DNA of 38,681 nt from Hydrurus foetidus. Its lineage: Eukaryota. Shown one piece after another: positions 15,001 to 27,000 of this stretch. Location: positions 124,001-162,681 of the forward strand of contig UYFQ01000315.1 in NCBI GenBank assembly GCA_900617105.1, given 5' to 3'. A program made the translations under genes and the position numbers. Each line of letters opens with the position of its first letter. Positions within the stretch are counted from its first letter, which is position 1. The notes beneath the pieces are model-generated. The model made no database searches. It was not told the DNA's origin and was given only the letters and a program-made list of their open reading frames with translations.

Positions 15001-18000
15001 GACGTCGAGGTCGAGGTCGATGCAGAGGTCGAGTCGAGGTCGAGTCGAGGATAGCAGACATCGAGACTGGAGTCGAGGCTCACATCGAAGCAGAGGTCGA
15101 GGTCGATGCAGAGGTCGAGTTGATAGCAGACATCGAGGCAGACATCGAGACTGGAGTCGAGGCTCACATCGAAGCAGATGTCAGAGGCGAGGTCGATGCA
15201 GAGGTCGAGGTCGATGCAGAGGTCGAGATCGAGTTGATAGCAGACATCGAGGCAGACATCGAGACTGGAGTCGAGGCTCACATCGAAGCAGAGGTCGAAG
15301 TACAGGTCGATGTCGAGTTGATAGCAGACATCGAGGCAGACATCGAGACTGGAGTCGAGGCTCACATCGAAGCAGAGGTCGGAGGTCGAGGTCGAGTTGA
15401 TAGCAGACATCGAGGCAGACATCGAGACTGGAGTCGAGGCTCACATCGAAGCAGAGGTCGAGGTCGAGGTCAGAGTCGAAGTCGAGTTGATAGCAGACAT
15501 CGAGGCAGACATCGAGACTGGAGTCGAGGCTCACATCGAAGCAGAGGTAGAAGCAGAGGTCGATGCAGAGGTCGAGGTCGATGCAGAGGTCGAGGTCGAT
15601 GCAGAGGTCGAGATCGAGTTGATAGCAGACATCGAGGCAGACATCGAGACTGGAGTCGAGGCTCACATCGAAGCAGAGGTCGAAGTACAGGTCGATGTCG
15701 AGTTGATAGCAGACATCGAGGCAGACATCGAGACTGGAGTCGAGGCTCACATCGAAGCAGATGTAGAAGCAGAGGTCGATGCAGACGTCGAGGTCGATGC
15801 AGAGGTCGAGATCGAGTTGATAGCAGACATCGAGGCAGACATCGAGACTGGAGTCGAGGCTCACATCGAAGCAGAGGTCAAAGTACAGGTCGATGTCGAG
15901 TTGATAGCAGACATCGAGGCAGACATCGAGACTGGAGTCGAGGCTCACATCGAAGCAGATGTAGAAGCAGAGATCGAGGTCGATGCAGAGGTCGAGGTCG
16001 AAATCGAGTTGATAGCAGACATCGAGGCAGACATCGAGACTGGAGTCGAGGCTCACATCGAAGCAGATGTAGAAGCAGAGGTCGATGCAGACGTCGAGGT
16101 CGATGCAGAGGTCGAGATCGAGTTGATAGCAGACATCGAGGCAGACATCGAGACTGGAGTCGAGGCTCACATCGAAGCAGAGGTCAAAGTACAGGTCGAA
16201 GTCGAGTTGATAGCAGACATCGAGGCAGACATCGAGACTGGAGTCGAGGCTCACATCGAAGCAGATGTAGAAGCAGAGATCGAGGTCGATGCAGAGGTCG
16301 AGGTCGAAATCGAGTTGATAGCAGACATCGAGGCAGACATCGAGACTGGAGTCGAGGCTCACATCGAAGCAGATGTAGAAGCAGAGGTCGATGCAGAGGT
16401 CGAGGTCGATGCAGAGGTCGAGATCGAGTTGATAGCAGACATCGAGGCAGACATCGAGACTGGAGTCGAGGCTCACATCGAAGCAGAGGTCGAAGTACAG
16501 GTCGAGGTCGAGTTGATAGCAGACATCGAGGCAGACATCGAGACTGGAGTCGAGGCTCACATCGAAGCAGAGGTCGAAGCAGAGGTCGAGGTCGATGCAG
16601 AGGTCGAGGTCGAAGTCGAGTTGATAGCAGACATCGAGGCAGACATCGAGACTGGAGTCGAGGCTCACATCGAAGCAGAGGTAGAAGCAGAGGTCGATGC
16701 AGAGTCGAGGTCGAGGTCGATGCAGAGGTCGAGATCGAGTTGATAGCAGACATCGAGGCAGACATCGAGACTGGAGTCGAGGCTCACATCGAAGCAGAGG
16801 TCAGAGGTCGAGGTCGAGGTCGAGGTCGAGTTGATAGCAGACATCGAGGCAGACATCGAGACTGGAGTCGAGGCTCACATCGAAGCAGAGGTCGAGGTCG
16901 ATGCAGAGGTCGAGTTGATAGCAGACATCGAGGCAGACATCGAGACTGGAGTCGAGGCTCACATCGAAGCAGAGGTCAAAGTACAGGTCGAGGTCGAGTT
17001 GATAGCAGACATCGAGGCAGACATCGAGACTGGAGTCGAGGCTCACATCGAAGCAGATGTAGAAGCAGAGGTCGATGCAGAGGTCGAGGTCGAGGTCGAT
17101 GCAGAGGTCGAGATCGAGTTGATAGCAGACATCGAGGCAGACATCGAGACTGGAGTCGAGGCTCACATCGAAGCAGAGGTCGAACAGTCGAGGTCGAGTC
17201 GAGCATCGAGTTGATAGCAGACATCGAGGCAGACATCGAGACTGGAGTCGAGGCTCACATCGAAGCAGAGGTAGAAGCAGAGGTCGATGCAGACGTCGAG
17301 GTCGATGCAGAGGTCGAGATCGAGTTGATAGCAGACATCGAGGCAGACATCGAGACTGGAGTCGAGGCTCACATCGAAGCAGAGGTCGAGGTCGACAGGT
17401 CGAAGTCGAGTTGATAGCAGACATCGAGGCAGACATCGAGACTGGAGTCGAGGCTCACATCGAAGCAGAGGTCAAAGTACAGGTCGAGGTCGAGTTGATA
17501 GCAGACATCGAGGCAGACATCGAGACTGGAGTCGAGGCTCACATCGAAGCAGATGTAGAAGCAGAGGTCGATGCAGAGGTCGAGGTCGATGCAGAGGTCG
17601 AGATCGAGTTGATAGCAGACATCGAGGCAGACATCGAGACTGGAGTCGAGGCTCACATCGAAGCAGAGGTCGAGGTCGAGGCAGAGGTCGAGGTCGAGGT
17701 CGAGTTGATAGCAGACATCGAGGCAGACATCGAGACTGGAGTCGAGGCTCACATCGAAGCAGAGGTCGAGGTCGAGGCAGAGGTCGAGTTGATAGCAGAC
17801 ATCGAGGCAGACATCGAGACTGGAGTCGAGGCTCACATCGAAGCAGATGTAGAAGCAGAGGTCGATGCAGAGGTCGAGTTGATAGCAGACATCGAGGCAG
17901 ACATCGAGACTGGAGTCGAGGCTCACATCGAAGCAGATGTAGAAGCGAGGTCGATGCAGAGGTCGAGGTCGATGCAGAGGTCGAGATCGAGTTGATAGCA

Positions 18001-21000
18001 GACATCGAGGCAGACATCGAGACTGGAGTCGAGGCTCACATCGAAGCAGAGGTCGAGGTCGAGGTCGAGTTGATAGCAGACATCGAGGCAGACATCGAGA
18101 CTGGAGTCGAGGCTCACATCGAAGCAGAGGTCGAGGCTCACATCGCAGAGGTCGATGCAGAGGTCGAGGTCGATGCAGAGGTCGAGATCGAGTTGATAGC
18201 AGACATCGAGGCAGACATCGAGACTGGAGTCGAGGCTCACATCGAAGCAGAGGTCGAGGTCGATGCAGAGGTCGAGGTCGATGCAGAGGTCGAGATCGAG
18301 TTGATAGCAGACATCGAGGCAGACATCGAGACTGGAGTCGAGGATCACATCGAAGCAGAGGCATAGGTCAATGTAGAGGTCGAGGTCGATGCAGAGGTCG
18401 AGTTGATAGCAGACATCGAGGCAGACATCGAGACTGGAGTCGAGGCTCACATCGAAATAGAAGAAGAGGTCGAAGTCGAGGACGAGGCAGAGGTCGAGGT
18501 CGAGGTCGATGCAGAGGTCGAGATCGATTTTATAGCAGACATCGAGGCAGACATCGAGACTGGAGTCGAGGCTCACATCGAAGCAGAGGTCGAGGTCGAG
18601 GCAGAGGTCGAGGTCGAGGTCGAGATCGAGTTGATAGCAGACATCGAGGCAGACATCGAGACTGGAGTCGAGGCTCACATCGAAATAGAAGAAGAGGTCG
18701 AAGTCGAGGACGAGGCAGAGGTCGAGGTTGAGATCTTAATAGAGTTGATAGCAGACATCGAGGCAGACATCGAGACTGGAGTCGAGGCTCACATCGAAGC
18801 AGAGGTCGAGGTCGAGGTCGATGCAGAGGTCGAGGTCGAGGTCGATGCAGAGGTCGAGTTCGAGGTCGAAGTCGAAGTCGAGTTGATAGCAGAAATCAAG
18901 GCAGACATCGAGACTGGAGTCAAGGCTCACATCGAAAAAGATGTCGAGGTCCAGGTCGAGGTCGATGCAGAGATCGAGTTGATATCAGACATCGAGGCAG
19001 ACATCGAGACTGGAGTCGAGGATCACATCGAAGCAGATGTCGAGGTCGAAGTGGAGGTCGAGGCAGAGGTCGAGGTTGAGATCGTAATAGAGTTGATAGC
19101 AGACATCGAGGCAGACATCGAGACTGGAGTCGAGGCTCACATCGAAGCAGATGTAGAAGCAGAGGTCGAGGTCGAGGCAGTTGTCGAAGTTGAGATCGAG
19201 TTGATAGCAGACATCGAGGCACACATCGAGACTGGAGTCGTGGCTCACATCGAAGCAGAGGTCGAGGTCGAAGCAGAGGTCGAGGTCGAGGTCGATGCAG
19301 AGGTCGAGTTGATAGCAGACATCAAGGCAGACATCGAGACTGGAGTCGAGGCTCACATCGAAAAAGAGGTCGATGAAGAGGTCGAGGTCGAGGTCGAGGT
19401 CGAAGTCGAGTTGATAGCAGACATCGAGGCAGACATCGAGACTGGAGTCGAGGCTCACATCGAAGCAGAGGTCGAAGTCGAGGACGAGGCAGAGGTCGAG
19501 GTTGAGATCGAAATAGAGTTGATAGCAGACATCGAGGCAGTCATCGAGACTGGAGTCGAGGATCACATAGAAATACAGGTCACGGTCGAGGTCGAGTTGA
19601 TAGCAGACATCGAGGCAGACATCGAGACTGGAGTCGAAGCTGACATCAAAGCAGAGGTCGAGGTCGAGGTCGAGGCAGACATCGAAGAAGAGGTCGAGGT
19701 CGATGCAGAGATCGAGTTGATAGCAGACATCGAGGCAGACATCGAGACTGAAGTCGAGGCTCACATCGAAGCAGAAGTAGAGATCAAAGTCGCGGACGAG
19801 GCAGAGGTCGAGGTTGAGATCTTAATAGAGTTGATAGCAGACATCGAGGCAGACATCGAGACTGGAGTCGAGGCTCACATCGAAGCAGAGGTCGGGGTCG
19901 GGGACGAGGTCGAGGTCGAGGTCGAGGTCGAGGTCGATGCAGAGGTCGAGATCGAGTTGATAGCAGACATCGAGGCAGACATCGAGACTGGAGTCGAGGA
20001 TCACATCGAAGCAGAGGTCGAGGTCGAGGTCGAGGTCGAGGTCGAGGTCGAAGTCGAGTTGATAGCAGACATCGAGGCAGACATCGAGACTGGAGTCGAG
20101 GCTCACATCGAAGCAGAGGTCGAGGTCGAGGTAGAGGTCGAGGTCGAGGTCGAGGTCGAAGTCGAGGTCGAGTTGATAGCAGACATCGAGGCAGACATCG
20201 AGACTGGAGTCGAGGTTGACATCGAAGCAGAGGTCGAGGTCGGGGTCGAGGTCGAGGCAGAGGTCGAGGCAGAGGTCGAGATCGAGGTCGATGCAGAGGT
20301 CGAGATCGAGTTGATAGCAGACATCGAGGCAGACATCGAGACTGGAGTCGAGGCTCACATCGAAGCAGAGGTCGAGGTCGAGGCAGAGGTCGAGGGCGAG
20401 GTCGAAGTCGAGTTGATAGCAGATATCGAGGTAGACATCGAGACTGGAGTCGAGGCTCACATCGATGCAGAGGTCGAGGTCGTGTTGATAGCAGACATCG
20501 AGGCAGACATCGAGACTGGAGTCGAGGCTCACATCGAAATAGAAGAAGAGTTCGAAGTCGAGGACGAGGCAGAGGTCGAGGTTGAGATCGTAATAGAGTT
20601 GATAGCAGACATCGAGGCAGACATCGAGACTGGAGTCGAGGCTCACATCGAAGCAGAGGTCGAGGTCGAGGTCGAGGTCGAAGTCGAGTTGATAGCAGAC
20701 ATCAAGGCAGACATCGAGACTGGAGTCGAGGCTCACATCGAAGCAGAGGTCGAGGTCGAGGCAGAGGTCGAGGTCGAAGTCGAGGTCGAGTTGATCGCAG
20801 ACATCGAGGCAGACATCGAGACTGGAGTCGAGGCTCACATCGAAGCAGAGGTCGAGGTCGGGGTCGAGGTCGAGGCAGAGGTCGAGGTAGAGGTCGAGGT
20901 CGAGGTCGATGCAGAGGTCGAGATCGAGTTGATAGCAGACATCGAGGCAGACATCGAGACTGGAGTCGAGGCTCACATCGAAGCAGAGGTCGAGGTCGAG

Positions 21001-24000
21001 CAGAGGTCGAGGTCGAGGTCGAGGTCGAGGTCGAAGTCGAGTTGATAGCAGACATCGAGGCAGACATCGAGACTGGAGTCGAGGCTCACATCGAAAAAGA
21101 GGTCGGGGTCAGGGTCGAGGTCGATGCAGAGGTCGAGGTCGAGGTCGATGCAGAGGTCGAGATCGAGTTGATAGCAGACATCGAGGCAGACATCGAGACT
21201 GGAGTCGAGGCTCACATCGAAGCAGAGGTCGAGGTCGAGGCAGAGGTCGAGGTCGAGGTCGAAGTCGATCTGATAGCAGACATCGAGGCAGACATCGAGA
21301 CTGGAGTCGAGGCTCACATCGAAGCAGAGGTTGAGGTCGATGTAGAGGTCAAGGTCGAGGTCGAGGTCGAAGTCGAGGTCGAGTTGATCGCAGACATCGA
21401 GGCAGACATCGAGACTGGAGTCGAGGCTCACATCGAAGCAGAGGTCGAGGTCGAGGTCGAGGTCGAGGTCGAGGTCGAGGTCGAAGTCGAGGTCGAGTTG
21501 ATAGCAGACATCGAGGCAGACATCGAGACTGGAGTCGAGGCTCACATCGAAGCAGAGGTTGAGGTCGAGGTAGAGGTCAAGGTCGAGGTCGAGGTCGAAG
21601 TCGAGGTCGAGTTGATCGCAGACATCGAGGCAGACATCGAGACTGGAGTCGAGGCTCACATCGAAGCAGAGGTCGAGGTCGAAGTCGAGGTCGATGCAGA
21701 GGTCGAGATCGAGTTGATAGCAGACATCGAGGCAGACATCGAGACTGGAGTCGAGGCTGACATCGAAGCAGAGGTCGAGGTCGAAGTCGAGGTCGAGTTG
21801 ATCGCAGACATCGAGGCAGACATCGAGACTGGAGTCGAGGCTCACATCGAAGCAGAGGTCGAGGTCGGGGTCGGGGTCGAGGCAGAGGTCGAGGTAGAGG
21901 TCGAGGTCGAGGTCGATGCAGAGGTCGAGATCGAGTTGATAGCAGACATCGAGGCAGACATCGAGACTGGAGTCGAGGCTCACATCGAAGCAGAGGTCGA
22001 GGTCGAGGCAGAGGTCGAGGTCGAGGTCGAAGTCGAGTTGATAGCAGACATCGAGGCAGACATCGAGACTGGAGTCGAGGCTCACATCGAAGCAGAGGTC
22101 GAGGTCCAGGTCGGGGTCGAGGTCGATGCAGAGGTCGAGGTCGAGGTCGATGCAGAGGTCGAGATCGAGTTGATAGCAGACATCGAGGCAGACATCGAGA
22201 CTGGAGTCGAGGCTCACATCGAAGCAGAGGTCGAGGTCGAGGCAGAGGTCGAGGTCGAGGTCGATGTCGAGTTGATAGCAGACATCGAGGCAGACATCGA
22301 GACTGGAGTCGAGGCTCACATCGAAGCAGAGGTCGAGGTCGATGCAGGTCGGTCGAGGTCGAGGTCGTCGAGGTCGAGTTGAGCAGACATCGAGCAGACA
22401 TCGAGACTGGAGTCGAGGCTCACATCGAAGCAGAGGTCGAGGTCGGGGTCGAGGTCGAGGCAGAGGTCGAGGCAGAGTCGAGATCGAGGTCGATGCAGAG
22501 GTCGAGATCGAGTTGATAGCAGACATCGAGGCAGACATCGAGACTGGAGTCGAGGCTCACATCGAAGCAGAGGTCGAGGTCGAGGCAGAGGTCGAGGTCG
22601 AGGTCGAAGTCGAGTTGATAGCAGACATCGAGGCAGACATCGAGACTGGAGTCGAGGCTCACATCGAAGCAGAGGTCGAGGTCAAGGTCGAGGTCGATGC
22701 AGAGGTCGAGGTCGTGTTGATAGCAGACATCGAGGCAGACATCGAGACTGGAGTCGAGGCTCACATCGAAATAGAAGAAGAGTTCGAAGTCGAGGACGAG
22801 GCAGAGGTCGAGGTTGAGATCAAAATAGAGTTGATAGCAGACATCGAGGCAGACATCGAGACTGGAGTCGAGGCTCACATCGAAGCAGAGGTCGAGGTCC
22901 AGGTCGAGGTCGAAGTCGAGTTGATAGCAGACATCGAGGCAGACATCGAGACTGGAGTCGAGGCTCACATCGAAGCAGAGGTCGAGGTCGAGGTCGAGGT
23001 CGAGGTCGAGGTCGAGGTCGAGTTGATAGCAGACATCGAGGCAGACATCGAGACTGGAGTCGAGGCTCACATCGAAGCAGAGGTCGAGGTCGGGGTCGGG
23101 GTCGAGGCAGAGGTCGAGGTAGAGGTCGAGGTCGAGGTCGATGCAGAGGTCGAGATCGAGTTGATAGCAGACATCGAGGCAGACATCGAGACTGGAGTCG
23201 AGGCTGACATCGAAGCAGATGTAGAAGCAGAGGTCGATGCAGAGGTCGAGGTCGAGGTCGAAGTCGATCTGATAGCAGACATCAAGGCAGACATCGAGAC
23301 TGGAGTCGAGGCTCACATCGAAGCAGAGGTCGAGGCAGAGGTCGAGGTCGAGGTCGAAGTCGAGTTGATAGCAGACATCGAGGCAGACATCGAGACTGGA
23401 GTCGAGGCTCACATCGAAGCAGAGGTCGAAGTCGAGGTCGAGGTCGAGGACGAGGCAGAGGTCGAGGTTGAGATCGAAATAGAGTTGATAGCAGACATCG
23501 AGGCAGACATCGAGACTGGAGTCGAGGCTCACATCGAAATACAGGTCACGGTCGAGGTCGAGTTGATAGCAGACATTGAGGCAGACATCGAGACTGGAGT
23601 CGAGGCTCACATCGAAGCAGAGGTCGAGGTCGATGCAAAGGTCGAGGTCGAGGCAGAGGTCGAAATAGAGTTGATAGCAGACATCGAGGCAGTCATCGAG
23701 ACTGGAGTCGAGGCTCACATCGAAATACAGGTCACGGTCGAGGTCGAGTTGATAGCAGACATTGAGGCAGACATCGAGACTGGAGTCGAGGCTGACATCG
23801 AAGCAGAGGTCGAGGTCGATGCAGAGGTCGAGGTCGAGGTCGAGGCAGAGGTCGAGTTCGAGGTCGAAGTCGAAGTCGAGTTGATAGCAGAAATCAAGGC
23901 AGACATCGAGACTGGAGTCGAGGCTCACATCGAAGCAGAGGTAGAAGCAGAGGTCGAGGTCGATGCAGAGGTCGAGTTGATAGCAGACATCGAGGCAGAC

Positions 24001-27000
24001 ATCGAGACTGGAGTCGAGGCTCACATCAAAATAGAAGAAGAGATCGAGGTCGAGGACGAGGCAGAGGTCGAGGTTGAGATCGTAATAGAGTTGATAGCAG
24101 ACATCGAGGCAGACATCGAGACTGGAGTCGAGGCTCACATCGAAGCAGAGGTCGAGTCGAGGCAGAGGTCGAGGTCGAGATCGAGGTCGAGTTGATAGCA
24201 GACATCGAGGCAGACATCGAGACTGGAGTCGAGGCTCACATCGAAGCAGAGGTCGAAGTCGAGGCAGAGGTCGAGGTCGAGGTCGAGGTCGAAGTCGATC
24301 TGATAGCAGACATCAAGGCAGACATCGAGACTGGAGTCGAGGCTCACATCGAAGCAGAGGTCGAGGTCGAGGTCGAGGTCGAGGTCGAGGTCGAAGTCGA
24401 GGTCGAGTTGATAGCAGACATCGAGGCAGACATCGAGACTGGAGTCGAGGCTCACATCGAAGCAGAGGTCGAAGTCGAGGACGAGGCAGAGGTCGAGGTT
24501 GAGATCGAAATAGAGTTGATAGCAGACATCGAGGCAGACATCGAGACTGGAGTCGAGGCTCACATCGAAGCAGAGGTCAAGGTCAAGATCGAGGTCGAGT
24601 TGATAGCAGACATCGAGGCAGACATTGAGACTGGAGTCGAGGCTCACATCGAAGCAGAGGTCGAGGTCGATGCAGAGGTCGAGGTCGAAGTCGAAGTCGA
24701 GTTGATAGCAGACGTCAAGGCAGACATCGAGACTGGAGTCGAGGCTAACATCGAAAAAGAGGTCGAGGTCCAGGTCGAGGTCGAGGTCGATGCAGAGGTC
24801 GAGTTGATCGTAGACATCGAGGCAGACATCGACACTGGAGTCGAGGCTCACATCGAAGCAGAGGTCGAAGTCGAGGACGAGGTCGAGGTCGAGGTCGATG
24901 CAGAGGTCGAGATCGAGTTGATAGCAGACATCGAGGCAGACATCGAGACTGGAGTCGAGGCTCACATCGAAATACAGGTCAAGGTCGAGGTCGAGTTGAT
25001 AGCAGACATCGAGGCAGACATCGAGACTGGAGTCGAGGCTGACATCGAAGCAGAGGTCGAGGTCGAGGTCGATGCAGAGGTCGAGTTCGAGGTCGATGCA
25101 GAGGTCGAGGTCGAGGTCGAAGTCGAAGTCGAAGTCGAGTTGATAGCAGACATCAAGGCAGACATCGAGACTGGAGTCGAGGCTCACATCGAAGCAGAGG
25201 TCGAGGTCGAGGTCGAGGTCGATGCAGAGGTCGAGATCGAGTTGATAGCAGACATCGAGGCAGACATCGAGACTGGAGTCGAGGCTCACATCGAAATACA
25301 GGTCAAGGTCGAGGTCGAGTTGATAGCAGACATCGAGGCAGACATCGAGACTGGAGTCGAAGCTGACATCGAAGCAGAGGTCGAGGTCGAGGTCGAGGTC
25401 GAGGTCGATGCAGAGGTCGAGTTCGAGGTCGATGCAGAGGTCGACTTCGAGGTCGATGCAGAGGTCGAGTTCGAGGTCGAAGTCGAAGTCGAATTCGAGT
25501 TGATAGCAGACATCGAGGCAGACATCGAGACTGGAGTCGAGGCTCACATCGAAGCAGAGGTCGAGGTCGATGCAGAGGTCGAGGTCGATGCAGAGGTCGA
25601 GATCGAGTTGATAGCAGACATCGAGGCAGACATTGAGCCTGGAGTCGAGGCTCACATCGAAGCAGATGTAGAAGCAGAGGTCGAAGTCGCGGACGAGGCA
25701 GAGGTCGAGGTTGAGGTCGAGATCGAGTTGATAGCAGACATCGAGGCAGACATCGAGACTGGAGTCGAGGCTCACATCGAAGCAGAGGTCGAGGTCGAGG
25801 TCGAGGTCGAGGTCGAGGTCGATGCAGAGGTCGAGATCGAGTTGATAGCAGACATCGAGGCAGACATCGAGACTGGAGTCGAGGCTCACATCGAAGCAGA
25901 GGTCGAGGTCGAGGTCGAGTTGATAGCAGACATCGAGGCAGACATCGAGACTGGAGTCGAAGCTGACATCGAAGCAGAGGTCGAGGTCGAGGTCGATGCA
26001 GAGGTCGAGTTCGAGGTCGATGCAGAGGTCGAGTTCGAGGTCGAAGTCGAAGTCGAAGTCGAGTTGATAGCAGACATCAAGGCAGACATCGAGACTGGAG
26101 TCGAGGCTCACATCGAAGCAGAGGTCGAGGTCCAGGTCGAGGTCGATGCAGAGGTCGAGATCGAGTTGATAGCAGACATCGAGGCAGACATCGAGACTGG
26201 AGTCGAGGCTCACATCGAAGCAGATGTAGAAGCAGAGGTCGAAGTCGAGGACGAGGCAGAGGTCGAGGTTGAGATCGTAATAGAGTTGATAGCAGACATC
26301 GAGGCAGACATCGAGACTGGAGTCGAGGCTCACATCGAAGCAGAGGTCGAGGTCGATGCAGAGGCGGAGGTCGAGGTCGATGCAGAGGTCGAGTTGATAG
26401 CAGACATCGAGGCAGACATCGAGACTGGAGTCGAGGCTCACATCGAAGCAGAGGTCGAGGTCGAGGCAGAGGTCGAGGTCGAGGTCGATGCAGAGGTCGA
26501 GATCGAGTTGATAGCAGACATCGAGGCAGACATCGAGACTGGAGTCGAGGCTCACATCGAAGCAGAGGTCGAGGTCGAGGTCGATGCAGAGGTCGAGATC
26601 GAGTTGATAGCAGACATCGAGGCAGACATCGAGACTGGAGTCGAGGCTCACATCGAAGCAGAGGTCGAGGTCGATGCAGAGGTCGAGGTCGAGATCGATG
26701 CAGAGGTCGAGGTCGATGCAGAGGTCGAGATCGAGTTGATAGCAGACATCGAGGCAGACATCGAGACTGGAGTCGAGGCTGACATCGAAGCAGAGGTCGA
26801 GGTCGATGCAGAGGCAGAGGTCGAGGTCAAGATCGATGCAGAGGTCGAGTTGATAGTAGACATTAAGGCAGACATCGAGACTGGAGTCGAGGCTCACATC
26901 GAAGCAGAGGTCGAGGTCGAGGTCGAAGCAGAGGTCGATGCAGAGGTCGAAGTCGAGTTGATAGCAGACATCGAGGCAGACATCGAGACTGGAGTCGAGG

